Positions 10,399 to 22,472 of a stretch of 64,000 nucleotides of DNA are shown one piece after another. Under the pieces are notes generated by a model. It was not told the DNA's origin. It searched no databases and saw nothing but the letters and a program-made list of their open reading frames with translations. The number at the start of each line of letters is the position of its first letter. The stretch's first letter is position 1. Both the position numbers and the translations under genes were made by a program. Origin of the DNA: Octopus vulgaris (lineage: Eukaryota); the NCBI GenBank assembly GCA_951406725.2, contig OX597821.1, positions 114,514,001 to 114,578,000 of the forward strand, read 5' to 3'.

Positions 10399-11970
10399 TT
10401 ATATATATAATGGAACAAAAATGCAATAGAGGACAATAAAACATCCGGACAGATAGATGATACAAAGGCAGACAGGAAAAACAACTATTAGAGGGACAGG
10501 TCATTTGTGGCCTTCTTTCGTCAGTCAAGTCACCAGACTTCCTTACAGTTTCAGGCAGTTACACTTGAGACTGTTCAGTTTGGTTGCCCACCAAAAAGTC
10601 TAAGCTAAGAGCATTAGATTTTTTTGTATATATATATATAAATATATATATATAAAGATGTTGGAAATAACACAATCATCATCATCATCACAATGTATGC
10701 AACAATTAGTTATGTATCGTCTGTTAAAGATTTGAAGTTTTCATAAATATACAGAAAAATATGATGTGTATATAATTTGTCCAACCTGACATTAATTTTA
10801 AAAAATGAATTATCTTTTGATGAAGATAATAATGATGTTAGCCTGCTGATTACTGTAGAGAAAAATACGACAAATACTTCTGCCTAGAATGACTAGATTA
10901 TAGAAATCCCTTGAATTTAATTTGTTTAATCCCAGGTAACTCTTCACTCAGCTGACTAGGGATCAAAGACATTATAGCAGCCCCTAAGGCCCCTTTTTCA
11001 TTTATGTTTGCAACAAATTTTTAGGAGGAAAAAGTCCTGTATTTTAAGCAGTGTAACATTCATGTCTCTCCAAACGAGATTCATAGACTTATTCTATACC
11101 GTGCTGGCTAAGACAATTTCTATTCTGTTGAACAGACGAGGAAGCACTGCTTCAGAAATAGCCAAACATTTTGTATGTGATGCACTTTTTAAAAATGAAA
11201 TTTTCCAAGACACATTGCAAAAAAAAAAAATAACAAAAGGGAGAGAGAATTCACTCGGGTATATCTGTAGTAAAGAAGTTTGTTTCTCAACCACATTGTT
11301 CCAGGTTCAGCACCTTGGGCAAGCATCTTCAGCTATCACCCTGGGCTCAACAGTGTCAACGGGAAGGGGATAGTCAATGCTGTCAACCCCTGTACATGAC
11401 TAGTACTCAAAAAGGACATCTGGTTAAGTTGACCTTGACTGGATTCAAACAGAGAATGTAAAGAACTGGTTGGAATACCACAGAGTATTTTGTCTGATAC
11501 TCTTCAGATTCTACCAGCTCATTGCCTAAATAACAACAACAACAATAATAAAAATAATGGTTTCTAATTTTGGCACAAGGCCAGAAATTTTAGGGGAGGG
11601 TTAAGTTGACTACATTGACCCCAGTGTTCGACTGGTACTTATTTTATCAATCCTGAAAGGATGAATGACAAAGTTGACCATGGCAGAATTTGAACTCAGA
11701 ATGAAAAGCCAAACAAAATACTACCTAGTGTGCTAACAATTCTGCCAGCTTGCTGCCTTAATAACAATCACTCCAAATTTTGGCACAAGGCCAGCAGTTT
11801 TGGCAGGAGGAGCTTAGCTGATTACATGGATCCCAGCACTCAACTGGTATTTATTTTATCAACCTCAAAAGGAAGAAAAACAAAGTTATTGAACTCGGAA
11901 CATAAAGACAGATGAAATGCCACTAAGCATATTACCTGGGGCACCAACAATTCTGCCAGCTTGCTACTTT

Positions 11971-12210
11971 ATCATCATCATCGTTTAACATCTGCTTTTC
12001 CATGCTAGCATGGGTTGGACGATTTGACTGAGGTCTGGCGAACCAGATGGCTGCACCAGACTCCAATCTGATCTGGCAGAGTTTCTATAGCTGGGTGCCC
12101 TTCCTAACGCCCAGCACTCCAAGAGTGTAGTGGGTGCTTTTACGTGCCACCGACACTCAGGCGGTACAGGTAACGGCCACGCTCAAATGGTGTTTTTTAC
12201 GTGCCACCTA
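11971..12210 (-). mobile_element. RTE 3'-end copy about 50 nt into the intron after the 12264 donor
   Basis: catcatcatcgtttaac...ccatgctagcatgggttggac family signature. Confidence 0.8.
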
Positions 12211-12263
12211 CACAGTAATAACAATAATAATAACAACAACAATAACAATAACCAGTGTCTCAC

Positions 12264-12548
12264 CTATGAGAAATCCTGTGAAGACAAGAGCTGTAAACAG
12301 CCACTGATATGCTTCAGCTATATCAATTGGAGTCAACAACCAGGCAATAACTGCAAGAGAATTCTCCAGTAAAAGCAGGGCATAAAAGAAGAACAAGCGC
12401 CAGCGCCCAGAACCGTTTTGAATATGTAAGAAACAAAAGATGTAGATGAATCCAACCAGACAGGAAAGTAACTTGTCTTGCCACCAAACGCTGCGCAGTT
12501 TGGGTTTCTCAGCAATTATCCATAGACTCATCAGCATCCAATGAACTC
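12264..12548 (-). CDS. XKR: XK-related scramblase exon (GVHWMLMSLWI...GFIYIFCF...FFYALLLLEN...)
   Basis: XK motifs HW..M..W, G.IYIF.F and Y....LEN. Acceptor ttttccatAG at 12550-12549, donor GTGAG at 12263-12259. 285 nt, phase 1/1. Confidence 0.92.
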
Positions 12549-13217
12549 CTATGGAAAAGAAAGTTTGGAAGAATAAAAATATTTTTAGTAAATTATTGTG
12601 CTTAAAATATGTGCAGAAACTCTACTGGTAGATATATATGCACAAACGTATGTATGTGTGTGTGTATATATATAGTTGGAATTTACAAAAAAAAATCAAA
12701 ACAAAAGACGAAGATGGGTGTGTAAACAACAAACAGATGTATCAGTTTAATGCTCGGGAAGTGAGAAAGTCTTTTAGATTTCGAGCCTACGCTCTTCGGC
12801 AGAAAGGAACACAGAAATAAACAGTGAGAAAATATATATATACACAAACATATATACACATATAAATAATTAAGGGTGCTACAAATAGCACCGGCATGCT
12901 AAAAATAGCAGTCACAAGGTGAATACAGCCACAAATTTCCATTGATATGCATTAATTGAAATCATGGTAATGAGCAGAAATTGTAAACCTTCGTACCAAT
13001 AATGGATAGAATCATAAATTGAAAATCTAGATATACCCATATCATCACAATTTCAAACTTTGTGTAAATTGTCACTTAGTTAGCCTCAGCGTGTCTTACT
13101 GTCCTGGGGTCATAGAAACTGCCCATCTCAACTATGTGTGCAATGACTGTTTTTTTATGCCGCAGCAAATTTAAAAAGGTGATTGAAGTGAATAATAAAT
13201 TATAAAAATATATATAA

Positions 13218-13347
13218 GGATATTATTGTTTACAATAATATCAAGTGGAATAGCATGCATAAAAAACCATAAAGGTGTTAATTATTAATTAACTTTTTAC
13301 CTTAATTGCTTTTTATGCATGCCATGCCGCCTGATTTTATTGTAAAT
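13218..13347. repeat. Inverted repeat (~55-bp arms)
   Basis: gatattattgtttacaataa...gcatgcataaaaa versus tttttatgcatgc...ttattgtaaataataatatc. Confidence 0.65.
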
Positions 13348-13364
13348 AATAATATCTTGATATA

Positions 13365-13846
13365 CAGGGGTTGGACAAAATAATGGAAACACCTAGCACC
13401 ACAGCATCATAATTTTGAAATATCTATAAAACCTGTAAAAAGCTTGTTTATTTTTATGTTTTTGATTTATTATTAGTGTTGCTTAATGTTTTGTTAAAAT
13501 TGCTGTTTCTTTTCAGATATCATCAGAAAAAGGTAATTAAAATTCATTAAAATGACAGATCTATCAGACTTTCAAAGAAGTCAAATTGTTGGTGCTTGTA
13601 TGGCAGGCGCTAGCATAACAAAAACAGCCGAAATGTTTGGTGTATCAAGAAGTACTGTCTCGAAAGTAATGACAGCCTTTGAGAAAGAGGGAAAAACCTC
13701 CTCGTCAAAACAAAATTCCTGAAGAATACCAAAACTTTCAGATAGGGACTGTCAGACTCTTATGCAAATTGTTAGAAAGGATCACAAAAGTACAGCTCCC
13801 AAAATTACTGCAGAGCTTAATGACCACCTTGAAAACCCAGTTTCTG
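13365..13846 (+). mobile_element. Tc1/mariner transposon 5' fragment (left TIR plus pseudogenised HTH region)
   Basis: TA-CAGGGGTTGGACAAAATAATGGAAACAC terminus. ATG at 13552 reads MTDLSDFQRSQIVGACMAGASITKTAEMFGVSRSTVSKVM...NS*RIPKLSDRD, a Tc1-type paired HTH with an in-frame stop. Confidence 0.85.
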
Positions 13847-14003
13847 CAGAGTATATCTTTGAATATCCGATTGTATACAAACATTTTAAATAGGATTGAA
13901 AAAACACGTATATATTATAAATCACAATAAGGACAACACAGAAGGAACAGATTTAAAAAATGCAGTATTAGCTTAATGTTTTAAAGGAAAGAGAATGGAA
14001 GTG

Positions 14004-14039
14004 TCTTAACATTTCAGGTGCTGGTCCTTCATCAGAAAA
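14004..14039 (-). ncRNA. Minimal hammerhead-like motif
   Basis: Minus strand: tttt-CTGATGA-AGG accagca CCT-GAAA-TG-TT-aaga. GAAATGTT is plausibly CpG decay of GAAACGTT; helices are weak. Confidence 0.4.
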
Positions 14040-14231
14040 AAGAGAGAAGTGGATGTGTAGATGTAAACATTTTGCCAGCTCACTACCTTACCATGAGATA
14101 AACATTACCTTGGTTGGCAACAAAAGAAAGGCATCTGCCTCAACACATTTTGTCTGTCACATGGAAAAGTGGTCATTAAACAATAATAATAATGTTCAGT
14201 TCTATATTTAAGAGATGAGGAATTATTTAGA

Positions 14232-14627
14232 TTATTTACATTTGACGGATATTTGTACTCATTTTGTTTGTTGTTAATGCAATGTTTCGGCTGATATAAC
14301 CTCCAGCCTTCATCAAGTGTCTTGGGGAAATTTCGAACCTGGGTTCTCATTCCTAAGGTATTTTTCAATGTTGTTGTTGTTATTATTATTATTATTCATA
14401 TTCAGGTCACTGCCTGGAATTGAACTCCGAATCTTGGGATTCCGAATTCGATTCCAGGCAGTTACCTGAATAATAATAATAACAACATTGGAAAATACTT
14501 TAGGAATGAGAACCCAGGTTCAAAATTTCTTCCCCAAGACACCTAAAGAAGACTGGAGGGTATATCAGCCGAAACGTGTTAACAACAAACCAGATGAGGA
14601 CAAATATCCATCAAATGCAAATAATAA
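14232..14627. repeat. Inverted repeat (~190-bp arms) with a degenerate hammerhead motif in each arm
   Basis: 14232-14430 is the reverse complement of 14440-14627. Cores are TTGATGA-aggctg...cagcc-GAAAC (-) and CTAAAGA-agactg...cagcc-GAAAC (+). Confidence 0.8.
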
Positions 14628-15224
14628 TGTTTGTTGTGGTTGTGGTGATGATCAATCTTATCTACAGAGCCTTCTGATTTCTTAACTGCTCAAACTCATT
14701 CTTTTTCCCATTTTTCCAAATGAGTCCTGCATTTTTTTTATCTATTTATCCTGAATAAGAAAGCTTCACAAAAGTTAATTATGTCTGAGTAGTTTCTCTA
14801 AAACTAATCATAGAGACTCAGTAATGAAATATTACAATTAGGAGTAATGTTGCCCTTCCAAAGCTCATTTAGTTCAATGAAATGAGTTTGCACAACTGAA
14901 CAATAATATGAAAGGAAAATGAGTCATAAAGCTCAGCTGAAAGATATTCATTTTGGTATAGAAATTAGTAAACAAAGCATTCAAGATTTGTCAGAAAGAT
15001 GGCCAGGCTTGAAATTAGGTCAATATACACACAAGAAACAGACCTTGATTAAAATAATGGTGCATTTAACAGTATTTTTATTGACATAAAATGATGATAG
15101 TTATTGTTGTATTTAGGAATGGTCATTTTGCCAGTTTAGCCAATAAAAACACATGCACTATATATTTGGTGTTACATTGTTTCAGCATTATTTATTTTTT
15201 TTACATTAATCTTAATCTTATTTC

Positions 15225-15268
15225 GGCCAGAGTTCTTTCGTCACATATCTGTGACCTCATCAGTGGTC
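15225..15268 (-). ncRNA. Compact type I hammerhead-like motif in an XKR intron
   Basis: Minus strand: ggacca-CTGATGA-g-GTCAC agatat GTGAC-GAAA-GAAC-TC-tggcc. Core intact; 5-bp helix II and 3-bp or longer helix I. Confidence 0.55.
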
Positions 15269-15777
15269 CTTTGCTTTCTTCTTTCTTATTTGTGTGTCTC
15301 TCCTTACTAACAGTCAGATGATAGTTATATTTTGACCCAAAGAAACTTCTAAAAGAAATTTGTGTATTATATTCCCACAGAATTCTGAAGATAGTTTGAT
15401 AAAAGGCAAAAGAGTTTTGAGGCCAATTGTGTGGAGAAAATCTTAATTATTCAAATACTTTTAGATTCAGATGAAAAGATCAGAAATAACCCAAATATAA
15501 CAAGGAATTAAGTTTGATATACAGAAGAAAATATCAAAGGAGAAAGAAACTGATTTATAATACAAGTGTTAAGGAAACATTGTGTTCCTGAAAAACTTGC
15601 CATAACAGGGAATTCTGTAACAAGAAACTTATTTCCCGTTGACTTCCAGGTGACATAGAAATCAAAGAACTTGGAAGTGAATAGGAAATTAGTTTTTCAT
15701 CACAAAATTCCACAATACAGAAAGATTATCAGGAATGTGATGCTTTCAGAAACACAAAGAAATACTGGTATTCTTAC

Positions 15778-15987
15778 CTATAGCGAAAAATATCCAACTC
15801 TTAAAACAAAAAGTAAACATTATAATTGCTGCCACTCTGGATAATGTCATTCCAATCTGCCAACCAATCTGTAGCAGAAAACTTGGCCATTTTGGACGAG
15901 GAATATTTCGAGATTGAAGTCGGAGATTGTCAGAGTATGTTACAAAGCCCCAGGAAAACGATATGAGAGAAATTATTAAAGAAAAAC
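15778..15987 (-). CDS. XKR: XK-related scramblase exon (FSLIISLISFSWGFVTY...LSRVAAIIMF...)
   Basis: XK-type S..S.SW...Y and SRV.A motifs. Acceptor tttccAG at 15989-15988, donor GTAAG at 15777-15773. 210 nt, phase 1/1. Confidence 0.92.
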
Positions 15988-16198
15988 CTGGAAACATAAA
16001 TAAATGTATATTAATATCTTTTATACACACACACACACACACACAATATACATCAAGAGTTATGATATCGAAGTTGTGTTCTTGAATTTTTGTCAAAAGA
16101 ATTACAGGTAAGAGATTCTATACATGTCATTTCAATATCTATCTTTGTATCTTCTATCCTGTAACGAAACATGTAACATGGAATTAAAAATATACCAA

Positions 16199-16605
16199 AC
16201 TAGCAGCACAGTATGTAAGAGCCCCTAGTAGGCAACGACTAATCCCAATCTAGTCCTTTCCCTCTAGGGAACGAAGGAGCATGTGTAGGTTGCAATATCT
16301 TCTCTTCACTCGAATACTTCTGTGTATACGATGTTCCTAGCTGTCCCTTTGGGCGATAAAAAGGTCGAGTTGTGTCCCCTAGACAGAAAATATGTTGCAT
16401 ATAAAAAGCTTAGATTCTCGACCCCATGTCGAATTTATCGATTTTTTCAGAACTGGGGGAACTTTTCAAAATTTTTGCTGCGTTAGTTTTGAATTATGAC
16501 ATTGGGCTATGTGTGTGTCAAGTTTCATCAGAATCGGTTGAAAGCCGTGGTCAGGGTGAGGGTACAACCTGACAGACACACAGACAGACAGATATAGAGA
16601 GAGAT
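16199..16605 (-). mobile_element. Non-autonomous Helitron-like element
   Basis: CTAG terminus at 16200-16203. The other end, aagtttcatcagaatcgg...gacagacacacagacagacagatatagagagagat, is typical of invertebrate non-autonomous Helitrons. Confidence 0.55.
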
Positions 16606-16848
16606 TTCTTCAGTCTTTTGTTTTGATTATATATATGTATATATAAATTTAATTAGAGGATGTGTTAAGCTCATGAAGGAATGGTTTCATCCAAGGAAAT
16701 ACTGGTTCAATACCTAGTGCTTTGGAGGAATGGATTTCTTTAAAATAATAGGTATATATAAAAATATATAGTTTATAATTATATAAAAGAAGAAACTGGA
16801 GATTGGAAAGTTAATAATTGTTCATCATTAACAGCAAATTGGTCATCT

Positions 16849-16929
16849 TCACTTACAGCCGTTTCTATTAATACTCAGTAAACATTAAATTTACATTTAT
16901 GCGACATGAGCATAATATCATCAGAGGGG
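16849..16929 (-). ncRNA. Type I hammerhead-like motif, same family as 59128-59202, in an XKR intron
   Basis: Minus strand: cccct-CTGATGA-tattatgctca...tgagtattaata-GAAA-CGGCTG-TA-agtga. Confidence 0.6.
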
Positions 16930-17097
16930 AAAAGATGTACCTTTGGATGCTATGCGTGTGTTTGTGAATTCATTTCAGCAGACTCACTGATTCTAAATAT
17001 GCCATCAGTTTATCTCTACCAGCTGTAGTTACCAAGATATGTTATAGCCCTGATTGTTAAGCATATGGAATTTTGTCAGTGAACAGGTCACGGTCTC

Positions 17098-17330
17098 AAA
17101 GGCGGCGAGCTGGCAGAAACGTTAGCATGCCGGGCGAAATGCTTAGCTGTATTTCGTCTGCTGTTATGTTCTGAGTTCAAATTCTGCCGAGGTTGGCTTT
17201 GCCTTTCATTCTTTTGGGGTCAATTAAATAAGCACCAGTTACACACTGGGGTTGGTAGAATCAACTAAATCCGTTTGTCTGTCCTTGTTTGTCTCCTGTG
17301 TTTAGCCCCTTGTGGGTAGTAAAGAAATAA
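17098..17330 (+). mobile_element. tRNA-derived SINE, family B
   Basis: aaggcggcgagctggcagaaacgttagc (A box) ... gagttcaaattc (B box) ... gcctttcat. Further copies at ~9500-9710, 11560-11970, 22630-22845, 43075-43295, 49968-50178 and 57895-58090. Confidence 0.78.
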
Positions 17331-17559
17331 GTCAGTCTCAAAGCGACGAAAATATTTTGGCAAATTAAATTTAAATGTTGAAGTGAATCTAACGGTTTTT
17401 GTGTGTTTTTAAATGGCTTATAAACACTTTCCATGCTGCAATTGTTTTCGTTCCAGCACACGATCTGAGATCAGATCACTTGCTATGCAAGTACATCTTC
17501 CATAAATTACATCCATAGGATCAAATAATAGCAAAACAAATATAGGAAACTTCATTAAT

Positions 17560-18735
17560 ATTCATTTATTCAGATTCCTCCTGAAAGCAGTGTTTCAGAG
17601 ACTTCCTGAGGAGAGCTGCCCCAGGACAATTTTGTTAAATGGTTCAGCAGCAGTCTACCATTATATGGGCATCGCAACGTCCTCAGTGTCTTCTTTCCTC
17701 CATAAGTTCTTTAGTCTTAGTGGAAATGTCCACCCTGTTCATCGCTTAGGTCACCAAAGTTGTCCAGGAAACAATCCAAATGGCTGTGTAATGTAGTCTG
17801 ATGCTCATATCACAGCCAAGTTGATGGAAAGAAGAGAGCATGCTCTGAACTAGGTCAGAGTAATTATTTGCTTTATAATTCCCCAGAAAATTTCTTATAA
17901 CCAGAGGGCACAAAGACCATGCATCTGCCTCAACATTGTTCACTGAATTCTGGAAATGCGGGTCTTTCATGAGTTCCCTAATTTGTGGTCTGTACAAAAC
18001 ACCTGCCTTCAGTTCTTTCCATGCTCAGCACTGAAAAATGTCCTGCATTTGTAATCAAAGCAATCTGCTTCTTCCTTCAAAACCTTCACAAACTGTTTCA
18101 TTAAGTATAGTTTGATATACAGTGATTATAAGATGATCTTATCTCTGTCAAACAAATGTTCTGAAATTACATTCTTTTCTCCTATAACCATGCTTTCTCT
18201 CAGAGGCCATTGTTTTCTCATCAAGCTCTCCTCCTCGGACAGATAAAGCAAGAACACTTGGTGTATCTACTCTGCTAACGCAGGAGAAAACTCACCATCT
18301 TAAGATCTACACAGATTAGACAGTAGTGGTTGTAGTATAGATATCTTCTGTAAAACCAAAGCATTAGTTTCCTGCTGACCAGTCATCTTAGTTGAGTGAC
18401 CAAATGGGATTGATCCATAGTTGTTGCTGTTTCATATAAACCACCACTCACATGGCACATCATATTTTGATACATCCACTTTCATCAGCAAGCCATGAAC
18501 ATCATCACATTAAAAAATCTTTTTAATTAAAAAACAATTTTCCTCAGAGAAGAAAAACAGTAAATCCAGTTCTGTATAGCAATAGTACACGGTTCTTGGT
18601 TAAGTACCATATCTCAAAAACAAGAGCTGCTAGAAACAAATGAAGGCTATATTTTTAGTCAGTAGTGTGAATATACCACAAAACATTATAAAATACATTC
18701 CCCAGTGTTGATATTATATATTTGCATAGAGCAGT
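17560..18735 (-). mobile_element. Degenerate DNA transposon relic, Chapaev3/CMC-like transposase
   Basis: Frameshifted peptides PQIRELMKD..F, NFLGNYKANNY, LGCDMSIRLHY and HLD.F.DN.GDLSDEQG resemble the K.HFL.SHLD.F.EN.G..SDE.GERFH transposase family. Superfamily assigned from memory. Confidence 0.6.
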
Positions 18736-18848
18736 CCTCAGTATCAAAATAGGTTAATGTGTTAAAAACATGATTACAAGATTTTTAATATTTTTAAAGA
18801 CAGATTAGAAGAAAATATTTCTGAAAATATATTTCCAGTCAGACTCAC

Positions 18849-19039
18849 CTGTCCCTGCAGATCCATGCCAGGTGCTTAGAAGCACATAGGACTGAAGAAT
18901 TAACTGTGGTGCTGCTTCAAGGAAAGTTTGAAACAGTCGAAGCAGAAAAGCACTGTGAACCTGCTGGAATAATTTCTCAAATCGAAGGGGATCAGAGGTT
19001 GTTTTCAATTCACTCCAGGTTAATAATACATCAGCGTAC
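18849..19039 (-). CDS. XKR: XK-related scramblase exon (YADVLL...LRLFQTFLEAAPQLILQSYV...)
   Basis: Contains the XK-family signature LRLF.TFLEAAPQL.LQ.Y. Acceptor tttccAG at 19041-19040, donor GTGAG at 18848-18844. 191 nt, phases match both neighbours. Confidence 0.93.
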
Positions 19040-19117
19040 CTGGAAATGGTTAGGAGATCAAATTGGAATTCACATTTCATTTGAAGATGACTAGTAATTA
19101 AGTCATTTACTTGTCTC

Positions 19118-19496
19118 AGACATTTGACTGCAGTCATGCTGGAGCACCACCTTTAGTCAAACAAATTGACCCCAGGACTTATTTTTTGTAAGCCTAGTAC
19201 TTATTCCATCAGTCTCTTTTGCGGAACACTTAAGTTACAGGAACATAAACACACCAACATCGGTTGTCAAGTGATGGTGGTGGTGGGGGACAAGCACAGA
19301 CACATACACAAATATATATATGTATGTATGTGTGTATGTATGTATATGACAGCCTTCTTTCAGTTTCTGTCTACCAAATCCACTCACAAGGCTTTGGTCA
19401 GCCCAAGGCTAGAGTAAAAGACACCAAGGTGCAACACAATGGGACTGAACCCAGAACCATGTGGTTGGGAAGCAAGCTTCTTACCACACAGCCATG
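19118..19496 (-). mobile_element. tRNA-derived SINE, family A, about 80 nt upstream of the 19039 acceptor
   Basis: Same family signature as 8380-8698. Confidence 0.75.
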
Positions 19497-20828
19497 TGTA
19501 GGAAGCTAAATTAGTAAATTGGTGTCATATTGTTAAGCAGTTCCCTTTACAACAATGAGGGTATGGATTCAGTCCCACAGCTTCAATCCTACTGCTCAGC
19601 TCCAAATCATAGATTGACCAATACCTTATGACTGAAATTTGATAAACAACAATTGTATGGAAGCCCATTACATAAGGCAATGGTGTAGAGAGTGTGTGCC
19701 ACCCAAAGTAGCCCCTTACTTTGCACACCACCAAGCTCTCAAGCTTATACAAACTTATACAGCGGACCATTCACAGCAATACTGAAAGCTGTGGTGCTTA
19801 AGAATACCTAAGAAGCCCATTATTCATGACTGTGGTGCTTAAGAAATTCACTCAAGTGTGTCATTTTCAGTACAGTCTTATTGTATACCACCTTAGGGAA
19901 AGAAGTGTCTTTTCCTATAATCCTGGGCCAGCCAAAGTTTCTAAGTGAATTTTGGTACACATGATAACATGTAGAAGACACTTGCCCAAAGTTCCACACA
20001 GTAGGGCTGAACCTAAAACCATGTGGTTAGGAAACAAATTTCTTAACTACATAGCCATGCCCCTATCTGTATGTGTGTGTGTGTGTGTGTGTTAACATGG
20101 TCACTGCCCCAGTCAGCAAATCAACATTTCAAAATGTAAACCAAGAGATTCTTACTTAAAAAAAAAAAGACAAGGGTGAGTGAAAGAAAGGGTACCAAGT
20201 TAAAAACAAAACTTTAATATATTCCTCTAACCCATGCTAGCATAGAAAAACTAATGTAAAATGAATTAATGAGATACTTTTCTATAGCTGGGTGCCCTTC
20301 CTATCATCAACCCATACCTGTTTAAGTAAAGGATCTCTTATTTCACGTGGTAATACTTCCTCATAACCAGACATGTTTTCACTGAAGATTGAGAATAACA
20401 GACACTGCTTGTACGACAGTGGCACTCATTTACAACTGCCATGTGATATTAAGACAAAGAGACAGTAATACACACACACACACCCATATATATATATGTG
20501 ATGGGCTTCTTTCAGTTTCCATCTATCGAATTCAATCACAAGGCTTTGGTTGGCCTGTGGCTGTAGCAGAACCATATGGTTAGGAAGCAAATTTCTCACT
20601 ACAAAGCCATGCATGCACCTAGCCACACCTTCATTTTTGTTTTGTGCCCCGTAAAAAGCACAGTCCACTCTGCAGATTGGTTGATTGTTAGGGAGGGCAT
20701 CCAGCTGTAAAAATCCTGCCAGAAGTCTGGTGCAGGCTTCTGCCTGGCTGGCTCTTATGAAACCATCCCACCCATGCTAGCATAGAAGGCAAATGATGAA
20801 CAATGATGAGATATAGGATAAGGATGTA

Positions 20829-21186
20829 AGGCACAGGTGTGGTTGTGTGGTAAGAAGCTTGCTTTCCGACCACATGGTTTTGGGTTCAGTCCCACTGCAT
20901 GGCACCTTGGGCAAGAGTCTTCTACTATAGCCTCAGGCTGACCAAAGCCTTGTGAGTGGATTTTATAGATGGAAACTGAAAGAAGCCTGTCGTATATACA
21001 TGTGTGTCTGTGTGCGTGTGTGCCCCACCACCATCACCTGGCAACCGATGTTGGTGTGTCTACGTCCCCGTGACTTAGCAGTTCAGCAAAAGGGGCCGAT
21101 AGAACAAGTACTAGGTTTACAAAGAATAAGTCCTGGGGTCGATTAGTTCAACTAAAGGCAGTGCTCCAGCATGGCCACAGTCAAAC
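20829..21186 (+). mobile_element. tRNA-derived SINE, family A
   Basis: aggcacaggtgtggttgtgtggtaagaagcttgc...gggttcagtcccactgcatggcaccttgggcaag...gctccagcatggccacagtcaaa. Confidence 0.8.
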
Positions 21187-22139
21187 AAGAGAAGACAAGA
21201 TATCTGGAAAAAAAAAAGTGCATTGTAACTGAAGCCCCTTGTGATATTTGTTCAACAATGGGTTATAGACTCTCCCTTGTCATTTTCAAAATTAATTAAA
21301 ACAAAGGCACCGCATTTCAACAGAAATATCATAACATAACGAAAAACTTATTAAAGATATCCAACTTCCTTTTTCATGTAATCTAAAAAGTGATTAAGTA
21401 ATACTAAGTCCTGAATTATGATATTTAATTTCACCTTCTCTCTCCATTTTCTTTATTTCAAACACCAGCAGGAATAATGGATCAAGCAAATGAACTGAAT
21501 AAACTTAACATTAAAAGAGAGACAAAGAAAACAATTTAGAACTTCAGTAAAATTTCAGAGAGATTTTTTTTTTTCAGAAAATGTTCTGAATAAATATTTC
21601 ACAGCAAGATGAAGTGGAAGCAAGAAAATAAAATATCATTAGGAAATATTTGAAAGTCAACAACACAAGACTAAAAACTAAAGTTATATAACAAACCACA
21701 TGGCAACAACAAAAAAAATATATACATATATATATAAAATGTCTCCACTCGAGTGATGTCACTCAACAAGCTGCAGATAAAACTAAATAGATGTAATTTT
21801 CCTTGAAATTACATCCAACCTTTCAGGGTAAAATGTGAAAGTGGAGCAACATATTTGGTTTCTGATGCTTTGGAAGACATCAAGAGAAGAAAGTAGAGTA
21901 ATTGGCCATCATTAAGTTTACATTCCTGCAAACTGGTTACACAGATTTTCATAATTTATTCAAAAACGTTACAGTCCCTTATTCTAAATGAATGTTTTAA
22001 CATCAGATTTTACAGCTTTCTATTATGTTGTTGTTGTTGTTGTTGTTTTTGTTCATAATTTTAAATCAAGGAATTTCATTCATGTCACAAATACTAAGTG
22101 GGAAGATCTGAAAAATAAAACCTCCATGTTTATTTTAAG

Positions 22140-22472
22140 CATGACTGTAGTTAGAAGTTTGCTTTCCAATCACATGGTTCCGGGTTCAGTCCATCTGCGT
22201 GGCAACTTGGGCAAGTGTTTTCTACTATAGCCTCGGGCCAACCAAAGCCTTATGAATGGATTTAGAAGAGCGGAAACTGAAAGAAGCCTGTCATATATAA
22301 ATGTGTGTGTGTCTGTTCCCCCACCACTGCTTGACAACCGGTGTTGTGTTTACATCCCCAGAACTTAGTGGTTCGGCAAAAGAGTCCAATAGAATAAGTA
22401 CCAGGCTTTAAAAAAGTACTGGTGTTGATTGCCCCAGCATGGCCACAGTTTAATGAGTGAAACAAGTAAAAG
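22140..22472 (+). mobile_element. tRNA-derived SINE, family A
   Basis: Same family signature. Confidence 0.72.

Noticed and set aside
17098-17190. tRNA genes at A-box/B-box motifs
   Set aside because: They are SINE heads continuing into repeat bodies, and no complete cloverleaf could be formed.
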